A stretch of DNA of 64,000 bases, from contig CDRNVI010000036.1 of the NCBI GenBank assembly GCA_977017575.1, positions 124,001-188,000 on the forward strand. Reading direction: 5' to 3'. Shown piece after piece: positions 51,463 through 61,224 of this stretch (its first letter is position 1; each line of letters opens with the position of its first letter). The notes under the pieces are model-generated. The model had not been told where the DNA came from. It searched no databases and saw nothing but the letters and a program-made list of their open reading frames with translations. A program made the position numbers and the translations under genes. The DNA comes from Paramoeba atlantica (lineage: Eukaryota; Protista; Discosea).

Positions 51463-51561
51463 TACTCCTCCTGTCATTAATATTGATAATGATAATCCTC
51501 AAGATTGATAATATTTTTGAGATTATTATTATCATTATCATTATTTCTGGCAGGGGGAGTA
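51463..51561. mobile_element. 95-bp palindromic MITE flanked by TA
   Basis: TA|CTCCTCCTGTCA...TGGCAGGGGGAG|TA; the arms pair imperfectly over ~34 bp including TGATAATGATAAT. Confidence 0.65.
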
Positions 51562-51746
51562 CATCGTTTTCGACAAAAAACACGATTGGGAAGTTTTTGA
51601 AACCTTACGAGTAGTTTTTTAGTTCAAAAAACGTTTTTTTTAAGACACAAAATTTTTTGTAAGAAAATCCTGCGTGCATGAAAATAAGTTCATAATTTTT
51701 TAAGAGTTTTCACCACCTCGAACAATAACTTTTTTAAGATCATCAT

Positions 51747-53322
51747 TACTGCCCGCCCCCCCCCACTTATGCGCAACCGTTTGACACGGCTACTTAAGCG
51801 CAATATTGAGGCACGACGAACACGGCGAACATTTTAGATGATTTTTTTATTGTTAATATGGCTTTATATATTTTTTATGGCATGTACGATTTTTTGTTCA
51901 TCGACTCATTACACTCTGGCTAGCTTTTTTACATTTCTTTGGTTTTTTCCATTATAGTTCTCTCTCAACCTTCAGCTCAATCCTCAGCAGAGAATGTCAC
52001 CCCCCCTATTCAACCCCCTTCATTGCTCTCCCCACCTTCAGCTCAATCCTCAGCACAAACTAGAAAATTGACTGACTGGGTACGGATACAGGAGCCCCAT
52101 CCCCGTATCGATGTGTACTACTACAGCCTTCTACTGCATCATACATAAATTTACATGGATATACATGTATAAATTTATTACTGCGCTTACAAAAGTTGTT
52201 AAAATATAATTTACAAGCAGTCTCCTTTTTAAAGCAACTTCGCTTTTAGTCATTTTCTGTTTCTTTTAACGAATCGTAGCTACAATATGCAAATGCACAG
52301 AATCGTCAAACACGTTGCATCCCATCCCCCCCCGCACTTACCGAAGACACGAAGGTGAGGAACAGTTTTTAGACGGCACCGATTAGAAGATGGCTCACGA
52401 AACATAAGTACACAACATAAATACTAAGAAGTACAGATGCTATCCGCGCCGCGAAGCGGCGCGACTTTTTTTGATGCCTTTTTTTGTCCGAAATGCACCC
52501 ATGGACAGAAGTGTGCCCCCGGCCTGGCAAATGCCATTTTTTTTATCCGTTTTATCTCATTTTTGCAGCATTCGAGCGATCTCGTTCCCCTAGCGAAGAG
52601 CTTTGCCGCCTTTTTTTTATAGGGACCCCCTGGTGCTCTGGTGGTGACCCCAAAGTAGACCAAAAACAAAAAATGGTACATTAGACATCTAGAAAAAAAT
52701 CACCCTTTCAATGAGAAAATGAGAAAAAAGGAAGAAGTATCAATATCCGCAATGCTCCCCATTGGTCTGAATAACTATTTGCATACGTTTAGGAACAGAT
52801 TTTATGGAATTCAACACTTTCTATCTATGTGGTGCACGTTTTAGAGCATTAAACGCCTTTTCTGTGGCCTTTGTCAGGGTTACAGAGTTGTGTGGCTTAA
52901 AACTACAAAGTTGTGTGGATTTATGCTGTTTGACTATCTCTATTCGCTCCGAAATCGACAAATCGTTTATGATTTATGCGAGGCGGGGCCCTCATGAAGA
53001 AAAAACAGGGAGAAAAAAAGATAATATACTAGAGAAATTGACTGTGTTCCATAAAAACGGGCAATCAAACCATGTTTTTTGGAAACAGGGGGTACCAGGG
53101 GGTCCCTATGAAGCAAAGGCGGCAAAGATCTTCGCTAGGGGAACGAGATCTTTCGAATGCTGAAAAAATGAGAAAAAACGGGTGAAAAAATTGACATTTG
53201 CCAGGCCGGGGGCACACTTCTGTCCATGGGTGTATCTTTTCCCCTTGAGATATTTTTGACCCGGCTACTTAAGCGCAATTTTCGGCCAAAACCCGGTTGC
53301 GCTTAAGTAGGGGGGGACAGTA
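51747..53322. mobile_element. 1572-bp non-autonomous element with TA flanks and imperfect TIRs
   Basis: TA|CTG...CCCCCCCACTTATGCGCAACCG versus the reverse complement of CGGTTGCGCTTAAGTAGGGGGGGACAG|TA; CGGCTACTTAAGCGCAAT at 51787 and 53262; no coding ORF. Confidence 0.7.
52496..53232. repeat. ~139-bp internal inverted repeat pair
   Basis: 52496-52634 is the reverse complement of 53094-53232 with scattered mismatches; spacer ~460 bp. Confidence 0.9.
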
Positions 53323-53378
53323 TTAATGACAGGGGGAGTATACTGAGCTAAATCGGAGGAAATAGGAGTATGCACAAT

Positions 53379-54725
53379 TTAAACCGATGGAATACCTCCG
53401 ATGCCTTTCATAACATCCTCCCAAGCTATGAAAGTAGGAGAGGTAGAAATATTTGCATTTTGATTACCTTTGGTATAGGGTAAAGAAAGTTGAGTTTCAT
53501 CGTTCAGTCTCGCAATGTGACTTTCGGACACATGTCCTTGAGAACTATTTTCCGAATCGCACCGCAAAATATTTTTCGACGCAAGCAACTTACGGTGTAA
53601 GGACTGGAATTCTGTTCCAGCAACAGTGTCTATAATCAAAGGAAAATTAGAACTGTGATTTGATTGAATGTTCGCATTAACAAACTGATCGGGCTCTTTC
53701 ATTGCAGAACGAAGACTATGAAAAAATTCTTTTGCTGTCTCGCTTTTTCGGGTGCTAAGTTCTCGCTCGCCCTTCAGTTCAAAGAGGTCATATTTCTCCA
53801 TGGTTGGACCTTGTGCAGATTCTGCCACATTTGGTTTCAACCTTACGTAGATCCGATGCGAAAGCCAGTTTTCTGACCTGATTCTATACCACCAAGGGTA
53901 ATACAGCGCAGAATATACGAAGCAGTAAGATGGAAGTTTTCCGTGTAGAGATCCAAATCGGGAGGTATGTATACTCGCTGTCGTTTCTTGAATTTGATGA
54001 GCAAGAGAAGAGGCCACACTTTCGTAACGCTGCGGTGGACTTGTGAGATTCTCTGTGTATGCAGGAGGCCAGAGAGCCGAGAGACGATGCGCATAGAGTC
54101 TCGTAACACAAATCACGCCACACTTACGTCGCCTTGCGCATCTCTGACATTCATCAAATAGAGATCCAATGCTTGGGGAACAGTGTGTTTGCCTCCCTTT
54201 CATAGGCGCACCGTTTGGATACGACGTCGAGTAGGGGAGATATGCCGCTGATAGGGTACCGTTCAGAATAATCACAGTATATGGCTTAACAGATTGTGGG
54301 GGCACCGTCGTTTGGTGCTGAATCCTATCTGTGTGAACACTACACTCTACTTCCGTCCTTTCGTCTTCAACTTTCACATCATCGGATCGGCACCAGCCTC
54401 GACGCAATGTTTGAATTATCTCAGAAAAAGTCCTGGGATGAACGAGATGAAAACAAGATTTCAGAATTTGTCCAAGGTCCGTTACATGGTCTTGCAAAGG
54501 AAATAATTGTCTGGAGAAATTTTCCGAATCAAAAGAATAGTCTAGGTCAATAAGGAGCAATCTCACTGGGGAGCTACTTGGAATAGTACCTCTAAAAACG
54601 TCTCGCACGAGGCTGTGAAGAATAATTTTTTGTGCCCTGCCTTCTGTGGTTAACAGCTCAATAGCTTGTTCGGACCGAATCCTTCCATACATGTCTGCAA
54701 TGCTGACCAAATTTTCGTCGGACAT
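53379..54725 (-). CDS. Divergent RecA/Rad51-paralogue-like protein (XRCC2-like)
   Basis: IELLT.EG..QKIILHSLV (degenerate Walker A), LLIDLDYSFD, VIILNG; remainder unrecognised. Confidence 0.5.
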   Translation of the reverse strand: MSDENLVSIADMYGRIRSEQAIELLTTEGRAQKIILHSLVRDVFRGTIPSSSPVRLLLIDLDYSFDSENFSRQLFPLQDHVTDLGQILKSCFHLVHPRTFSEIIQTLRRGWCRSDDVKVEDERTEVECSVHTDRIQHQTTVPPQSVKPYTVIILNGTLSAAYLPYSTSYPNGAPMKGRQTHCSPSIGSLFDECQRCARRRKCGVICVTRLYAHRLSALWPPAYTENLTSPPQRYESVASSLAHQIQETTASIHTSRFGSLHGKLPSYCFVYSALYYPWWYRIRSENWLSHRIYVRLKPNVAESAQGPTMEKYDLFELKGERELSTRKSETAKEFFHSLRSAMKEPDQFVNANIQSNHSSNFPLIIDTVAGTEFQSLHRKLLASKNILRCDSENSSQGHVSESHIARLNDETQLSLPYTKGNQNANISTSPTFIAWEDVMKGIGGIPSV

Positions 54726-55026
54726 GTTATTTCAACGCGCGCTTATTGATTTTCATAATCGACAAGGGAAAATTGGTTCTCACATCGAAGTAGATACTAG
54801 AAAGATCGTAGTAGGACTTCTAAGAAGAGTAAATTTAAAAACTTCAGAACTACACTCCAATAATTAGTAAATGGCAACATATACATACAGTAGTTAATAG
54901 TAGTACACTAGAATTCATTGTCTTTTTAAGTCAAAAGTAATCTTTCCTGCAAACTAACGTACGTGTCGGTGATACTGTCGGTGATACTTTTAACTTCAAA
55001 TAAGAAAAGTGCGGTGTATTCTACGC

Positions 55027-55608
55027 TCAGTCAGCTTTATTATGGGGTTTCCTCCACGACTGAACGGAGCGAATAACCTGTCGGAACGCTGATTGTGCCA
55101 ATGCTCCGGGTGAGAGATCGATCTCGGGCTTACCCTCCGCTAGTGCCTTATTTCGCTGGTACTCTTTTTCCTCGGTTACTTTTTCTTCATAGCATCGAAC
55201 CCATTCTTCGGGAATAAAATCTGTCTCAGAATCAGCAACTGTCCATAAAATACGCCAGCATGGCACAATGAGTGCTAGACACAAGAGCGCAGCGAGAAAC
55301 AGGAACTGTACAGCAAGAAAGTACGTGTCATAGTAAAATGCTAACCAGAAAGCGAGAAATCCGACAGCAGGAATAAACCGAGATACGAACCTCTCCGCCT
55401 GTATCTGTGAAGAGATAGACATCGGGGCAGCAAGATAAAGAGCAAACTGGACTACGCGATACGTTTGAATTTGCTGAGTGAATCGAGACCAAAAATTAAC
55501 ATAAAATTCGGTAGTCAGCCACTTTCTTTGAGGCGTATCTCTCGAGTATAGGTTAGGCTTGACTACTCGATGCTTGGAAGGCGCTTGAAAAGAACGCTGC
55601 TTCGACAT
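55027..55608 (-). CDS. SPCS1: Signal peptidase complex subunit SPC12/SPCS1
   Basis: SQIQAERF...GFLAF...ALIVPCW two-TM pattern. The track start is TTG; ATG at 55608. Confidence 0.75.
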   Translation of the reverse strand: MSKQRSFQAPSKHRVVKPNLYSRDTPQRKWLTTEFYVNFWSRFTQQIQTYRVVQFALYLAAPMSISSQIQAERFVSRFIPAVGFLAFWLAFYYDTYFLAVQFLFLAALLCLALIVPCWRILWTVADSETDFIPEEWVRCYEEKVTEEKEYQRNKALAEGKPEIDLSPGALAQSAFRQVIRSVQSWRKPHNKAD

Positions 55609-55624
55609 TAAGATCAAATAGTAA

Positions 55625-55637
55625 CTGTAAAAAAAGC
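55625..55637 (-). promoter_or_regulatory. Putative SL trans-splice acceptor for SPCS1
   Basis: Minus strand reads gctttttttac-AG, 16 nt before the ATG. Confidence 0.45.
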
Positions 55638-55745
55638 ATAAACTTTATACCCCGTACGAAATTAACAGTGTAACCAAACAATCACAAGTTCTTTAAGAAT
55701 ACTTTCGTGCTAAACAAGAATCCGACTTCATCTCGGGGCTCTGCA

Positions 55746-58703
55746 CTATTTTCGAGGCCCTTCCCTTAATCTCTCACCTTTCCACTCTTCAATTTCATGC
55801 TTCAGACGTTCGCATTTTTCCCTCACCTCGTCTCTAGCATTAAAGTCAGTGAGTTCGGCGGGCGTAAGCGGCTGTCGGTTAAATGGATTATGCTCGTCAA
55901 AAAGTAAATGGCGGTAGATCGCGTCACGCTCAACCACAACGTCCTCCGGCATCTCTGGCAACGCCACAGGATGCAGCAACACTGCATAGGTAATTTGACA
56001 CATAAACCGCTCGGGTGGGTCTCCCCACAGCGCCTCCTGATCTTGTCGATTCCCGTGTACGGTACGAACGTACGCAAAAAACGATTCTAACTCAGGCAGT
56101 CGATCCGAAAGTACCGCTTTAGCACGCAGAAACGATAAAATCTGATCAAACCCCTCTGGGGAGTAACTCCGTACATCCGCACAGATGGCCTCCGCAAACG
56201 TCTCACGACACGGACTGCGGGCGAGCCCGACAAAGCAGTGGACCAACTGCTCCACCAGTTGTCTGTGCTGAAACCCCGCCTGTTTCATCACATATTCCGG
56301 AACACGTTGAATCTCCCTCATCCGCGGTCCCGCGAGGTGAAGCAAAAAATAATCCAGCATACTCGCGACCTGATCCGTAACCAGACCCTGCAACAACGCC
56401 TCCGGAATCTCCCCACACAGCAGCGCCACAAACGACAGCACCTCCTGCGCAAACAACGCCGAACTCTCCAACCCCCGCAGTCGTTCCACCCCCGTCGTAC
56501 CTCCCCATTCGCCATCTTCATCATCGGTCCTCTCCTCTGGATTCTGTTCACTCCCGACAGCCGAACTCCCCTCTGCATCCCGCGTCCCCTCTATCCCCTG
56601 ACCATTCATCTCCCGCAGCCTCACCAGCGCCACCTCCAGCATCTTATTCGCATCGGACAATACATAACTTATGAATTTCGTAAAGTCCATGCCCCTCTCC
56701 GCGGCCTCTTGCGCCAGCGTGGCTCTGGCCCCCGGGTAGGCCTGCCAGAGGAATCGAAGCACACAGTTGAGATGGTGCCGGGGCGGGAGCTTGTCTTCCC
56801 CTAAGGACTCCACATCGACATAGAGGCGTAGGGCTGTGGAGAGAAGGGACTCGAGGAGATCGGGGGGTACGGCAGAGGGAGAAGCGTTCGTAGGAGGAGT
56901 TGCCGTTGTTACGGTTGTTACGGTTGTTGTTGCTGGGGTCACGGGGATCAGCAACGCGCGCAGGAGAAAGGCATAGCGCCCGCGGTGGTGCTTGTTGGTC
57001 ATGTAGGCGGGGTGGGCAATAAAGGCCGCGACGAAACGGAGCAGGTGGAGGGGTTGTGGGGCACCTGTAGGGAGGGAGGGGAGGCGGATGAGATGGGTGA
57101 GGGTGTCCGCGAGGTCGGTGAAGAGGTCTTGGGGGAGGAGGGACCAGGTGGGGGGGGCGTGGGGGGTGGGGGGGAGGGTGAAGGTGTTGGGTTGGCCGGT
57201 GGCGAGGTAGAAGAGCCAGCGTGTGAGGTAGTGTGCGAAATTCTGGAGATGGCGAAGGAAGGTGGTTTCGTGGAGAACGCTCATCAGAATGAGGAGCATG
57301 CGTTGAATGTGGGAAATGTAAAGCTTTTGGCTTTTATCGGATGGAGTGTGGCGGTTCCGTACCAGTTCATACTGTCTTTGAAGCATGGGGGTAACGGTCT
57401 CTTGGTGTCGAATCAAACCTGCTGTCAAATGAAAATAGTTGAGTCCCATAAAAAATAGATTACTGATGGCAGGAATGACCACGTTCTCGTCGTCTGACTT
57501 GCTTTCGAGGTGCATGGCTCTTATCGGACAATCGGAGTGTGCCCACAAGTTTGGATCCAAGCGAGGAAAGTGCTTGGCGTCATCGGATTGGATGGGTTCT
57601 AGTAGCTGAAAAATTGTGCTTGCCACGTTGAGGAGGCAATGAGGCGTTGATACTTTAAGATAATCGACACGCTCACGGTTCCATATTTCGTTGACGAAAT
57701 ATATTCTGTCAAGGGATCGCATGGCGAGATTTCGATCGCCGTACCGCAATGCACTCTGGAACAAAGTAAAAACGATTTGGTTGCTCGCATTAAATCGAAC
57801 ATGGACCTTCGGATTTAGCTGTGGTAATATTTCGTGCAACTCACCCCATATGGATTCATCGGAAGGCAGGAATTCTTTGGGTGCAATCGTGAAATTTAAC
57901 AAACGTCCTAGTGGAAGTTTCGACAAATTTACACCGTTGTCAATATGTGTCACTATTTCGGAGCCGTTGCTTCGAAATATCCCGTGTTGCAATACGAGTT
58001 GTGGTTCTGCATTAATTATTTGCTGTACAATGTGTACGCAACGGCTGCTGTGTACGCTTGTTGAGTCTATTCCGTGAAACAAAAAGTCAACTAACAATGC
58101 CAAGTCTTTCGACATCCGCTGTTGCTTCATGGCAGCCGTGCAGGCTGAGCGTAAAAAGGAATGCTCAATTTGAAGGGTTTCAGTATGAAGCTTCGAATTG
58201 ATGCGATTTTGTGATTCATGTGGCGCGAGTAAAGACAACGTTTTCACAATGAAAGGTGTTGTTCCATGCCTTATGGACCGCGGAATGGTATTTTCGCCAA
58301 ACATATCTTCGGTCCATTGCAGTATAAAGTACCGCTCGATCAGATGCAAAAGTTCGTCATAGGTTTTTCTTTTTGACCCTGAACAAGTCATCTGATCTAA
58401 CTTTGACTTAATTCTGGAATGAAGCCTAGAAAAACATAACCCGATATCGATTTGCTGTTCCGTTTTATCCTCATTTTCCAACAGAGTATCCAAAACTGAT
58501 ACAAGGCTTAGTTCTGCTACAACAGTACACGGTAACGTGGCAAAAGAATCTGAGTTTTGTTCGTTTGTTACATCAAGAATGCTGTTTCTGTCATTAATTT
58601 GGTTGGATAACGCCTCACACCAGGAGGTGCCGAAAGATGAACGTAAAGAAAGCAAAAAGTCGTCAAGAATATCGCTCTCACTCTGTGCGCAGAAACTATT
58701 CAT
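55746..58703 (-). CDS. UFD2: Ubiquitin conjugation factor E4 (U-box)
   Basis: NKHHRGR, KLPPRH, KFISYVLSDA, ASMLDYFLLHLAGP, U-box DPPERFMCQIT..VLLHPVALP...NPFNRQPLT. Confidence 0.92.
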   Translation of the reverse strand: MNSFCAQSESDILDDFLLSLRSSFGTSWCEALSNQINDRNSILDVTNEQNSDSFATLPCTVVAELSLVSVLDTLLENEDKTEQQIDIGLCFSRLHSRIKSKLDQMTCSGSKRKTYDELLHLIERYFILQWTEDMFGENTIPRSIRHGTTPFIVKTLSLLAPHESQNRINSKLHTETLQIEHSFLRSACTAAMKQQRMSKDLALLVDFLFHGIDSTSVHSSRCVHIVQQIINAEPQLVLQHGIFRSNGSEIVTHIDNGVNLSKLPLGRLLNFTIAPKEFLPSDESIWGELHEILPQLNPKVHVRFNASNQIVFTLFQSALRYGDRNLAMRSLDRIYFVNEIWNRERVDYLKVSTPHCLLNVASTIFQLLEPIQSDDAKHFPRLDPNLWAHSDCPIRAMHLESKSDDENVVIPAISNLFFMGLNYFHLTAGLIRHQETVTPMLQRQYELVRNRHTPSDKSQKLYISHIQRMLLILMSVLHETTFLRHLQNFAHYLTRWLFYLATGQPNTFTLPPTPHAPPTWSLLPQDLFTDLADTLTHLIRLPSLPTGAPQPLHLLRFVAAFIAHPAYMTNKHHRGRYAFLLRALLIPVTPATTTVTTVTTATPPTNASPSAVPPDLLESLLSTALRLYVDVESLGEDKLPPRHHLNCVLRFLWQAYPGARATLAQEAAERGMDFTKFISYVLSDANKMLEVALVRLREMNGQGIEGTRDAEGSSAVGSEQNPEERTDDEDGEWGGTTGVERLRGLESSALFAQEVLSFVALLCGEIPEALLQGLVTDQVASMLDYFLLHLAGPRMREIQRVPEYVMKQAGFQHRQLVEQLVHCFVGLARSPCRETFAEAICADVRSYSPEGFDQILSFLRAKAVLSDRLPELESFFAYVRTVHGNRQDQEALWGDPPERFMCQITYAVLLHPVALPEMPEDVVVERDAIYRHLLFDEHNPFNRQPLTPAELTDFNARDEVREKCERLKHEIEEWKGERLREGPRK

Positions 58704-58901
58704 AGTGAAGGTAGAGGTAAATAATGCAAAGAAATCTGAAAGAGTTTTAATTAAAGCTTTAAAAGGTTTGCTCCTTTGGTGTTTATAAATCGTAAATCAA
58801 CGATAATTTGAGTAGATTTACGATAATCTGAATGGATACGTCATATCGAAATTGGGATCTTCGAGGATATAAATCACGCTTACATGGACAATTGATGTAT
58901 C

Positions 58902-60755
58902 TCATTTGTTGGATATCTTCGTTTCAGTATCACGAAAATCGAACTGCATGACATCCTTAAGCTCCCATGGGCAAATTTCAATGACCTTACGCATGTCTTC
59001 CACAAGATTTTTACATGCATCTAATGTACGGATGTTATTTGATTCATTGGAAGTGTAACCCACTCTCCCATGTGAAAGCATCACAATGTTTGTACCACTC
59101 AGGCCCATGCGAGCCACTCGACCGACTCGGTGGGCATAAGACTTTGCTGAAGTAGGGATATCAAAATGAATCACGTAGCTTACATCGCGAATATCGAGAC
59201 CGTGAGCAGCTAGATCCGTTGTAACTAAAACAGCACCGTGTTTTGCATCAGTTGTAGGAAATAAATTAACTCTATTGAACCTCGCTGAAACGTGCACCTC
59301 ATGATTAAGAAAATTCAGATATCTCTCCTGCCGTACGGTTGATTTCAACTGTTCATGAAAGGTTATGATTGCAGCTCCTGAAAATGCCAGCCATTTATGC
59401 TCACTCGCCAGCTGAAGCCTTCGTCCGACAAGCTCTGCGCGCCGTCCATTGGCACAAAAGACAATGTGCTTTTGTGAGGGGTGCAAATTTAAAACATGGA
59501 CCAGATAACTCATGTCATAAGAAAACGTAGGAGCAGAAAACAGCACGTACCGATTTGATAGACGGGCTTCCAGCGCTGTCTCATTTTGGAGCTGTATTAC
59601 GGACCAGGGAGGGTGTTTTAAGATACGTACAAGAGGCATGGATGGATCTTTCTGGTCCAATTTATGAGTAAAAATAGTGTCCACAACCTCACAAAGACTT
59701 TCGAATACAGGATCTTCACCATTAACATCTGAATTTCTGCATAAATTTGAACTCTGTGAGATACTGTAAATGCATTTTTCGTTTTCAGGTTTATCTCCTT
59801 GATTCGAAAGTATTCGATCAGACACAAAAATGTTGCGGTTCTGCTCAGACATATCGAGGCCTCGTAAACTAAGAAAATCAGCCACGGCGTTTGAGTGGAG
59901 GCACGTAGCACCAAAAAGCCCAAAATCGATTCGTTGCGAATGCTTCGTATTATCGATGAGTGTCGTCCCGGTTGTGCCATCATTTGTAAAGATATCAATA
60001 TTCCTAAGAATATCAGACATTCGCTGTTTATCTTCTAGCAATACATCTGCTTCATCAAGGATTAGTAACAGCGTATGCTCCCCCCCTTCGTGGCTGCGGG
60101 AAAATATTTCGTCTGTCTTAGCGCCATGCTCGTCGTAACATCGCATACACTTTTCTAACTCAGCTGGTGTAGTAAAAAGAATCACACCACCTCCCCGGGT
60201 CTTCTGTCCTAGTTCGTTTTTTGTTGTCGATGCCTTCGTTTTACCTTCTGAATGCCCAGTGCGAAGCACAGGGGTAATATCGTATGGCAAGCTTGACGTT
60301 AGTTGCTTTGCCACGAGGTAGGATTGTTCCGCAAGAAACGTGCACGGAGAAACAACAACCGCGTGGGTCTGATTACGGCGATATGGCTGGCCATCGTGTG
60401 CGCGTTCATAGTTGCGGTTATACGACAGCAAGCGGTGCAAAACGGGAATAAGAAACCCCAGAGTTTTTCCACACCCCGTGTGAGCTTCTACAACCGCAGA
60501 GCTTCCGATCACTTGGAGGGCAAAAAAAGACAAAGCCTGGCAATGCGTCGCATGTGAAAGGTGAATCGCGCGTTGAAGTGCTCGACGAAGATCCGGGTGT
60601 AAAGGAAGCTGTTCCCACGTAACGAAGAGCACATCATCTGCAGCAACTTTGAGGTCACTTTCCTGCAATGTAGGCAACCTGCGAAGACGAACATTTCCTT
60701 TTACATGGTTCTCAGTTTCTGACAGTCTCCGTTTCTTATTTCTTGTTCGAGGCAT
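58902..60755 (-). CDS. DEAD-box RNA helicase (Spb4/DDX55-like)
   Basis: HTGCGKT, SPCTFLA, LDEAD, FGAT, TTDLAAHGLDI, HRVGRVARMG. Confidence 0.88.
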   Translation of the reverse strand: MPRTRNKKRRLSETENHVKGNVRLRRLPTLQESDLKVAADDVLFVTWEQLPLHPDLRRALQRAIHLSHATHCQALSFFALQVIGSSAVVEAHTGCGKTLGFLIPVLHRLLSYNRNYERAHDGQPYRRNQTHAVVVSPCTFLAEQSYLVAKQLTSSLPYDITPVLRTGHSEGKTKASTTKNELGQKTRGGGVILFTTPAELEKCMRCYDEHGAKTDEIFSRSHEGGEHTLLLILDEADVLLEDKQRMSDILRNIDIFTNDGTTGTTLIDNTKHSQRIDFGLFGATCLHSNAVADFLSLRGLDMSEQNRNIFVSDRILSNQGDKPENEKCIYSISQSSNLCRNSDVNGEDPVFESLCEVVDTIFTHKLDQKDPSMPLVRILKHPPWSVIQLQNETALEARLSNRYVLFSAPTFSYDMSYLVHVLNLHPSQKHIVFCANGRRAELVGRRLQLASEHKWLAFSGAAIITFHEQLKSTVRQERYLNFLNHEVHVSARFNRVNLFPTTDAKHGAVLVTTDLAAHGLDIRDVSYVIHFDIPTSAKSYAHRVGRVARMGLSGTNIVMLSHGRVGYTSNESNNIRTLDACKNLVEDMRKVIEICPWELKDVMQFDFRDTETKISNK

Positions 60756-61224
60756 TCTTTAAAGCATTGATTTCTTTGGCGTGCATGGCTTGGGTTTCAT
60801 TGACAGTCTTCTGAAGAAATTAAAAATGCTTCTAAATACATTTGTTTCTGTTCCCATTTGAACACTTCTAGTAGAAGGGTTGCGATTCCTTTTCTTACCA
60901 TCTAAAAATAAATCTAATTTGACCCTACTTATGACTACACGTGGTACATGAAGTTAAGAAAACTGCGTTACATTTAGGCAAGGGGTGTAAATTCATGTGA
61001 TCTCACGGTATCTCAGTTTGAGTTTTATCTGGAGTGCATAATGGGAGAGAGACAATGGGAAAGATTATGCGCCATTGTTTGTGCTGTAGAGCACAATTTT
61101 TTTTCGTGCTGTTTGTTTGTGTGATCTCTTGTGATCTCAGCTCTATCCCCGCTCATGGACATCCGACCCCTTCGTTGCGGATAAGCTTCTCCTTGAATGC
61201 TCATGCGTGACTCTGGGACAGACT

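Noticed and set aside
51968-52055. 22-bp direct repeats separated by 44 bp (CRISPR-like spacing)
   Set aside because: Only two copies, eukaryotic context and no cas genes.
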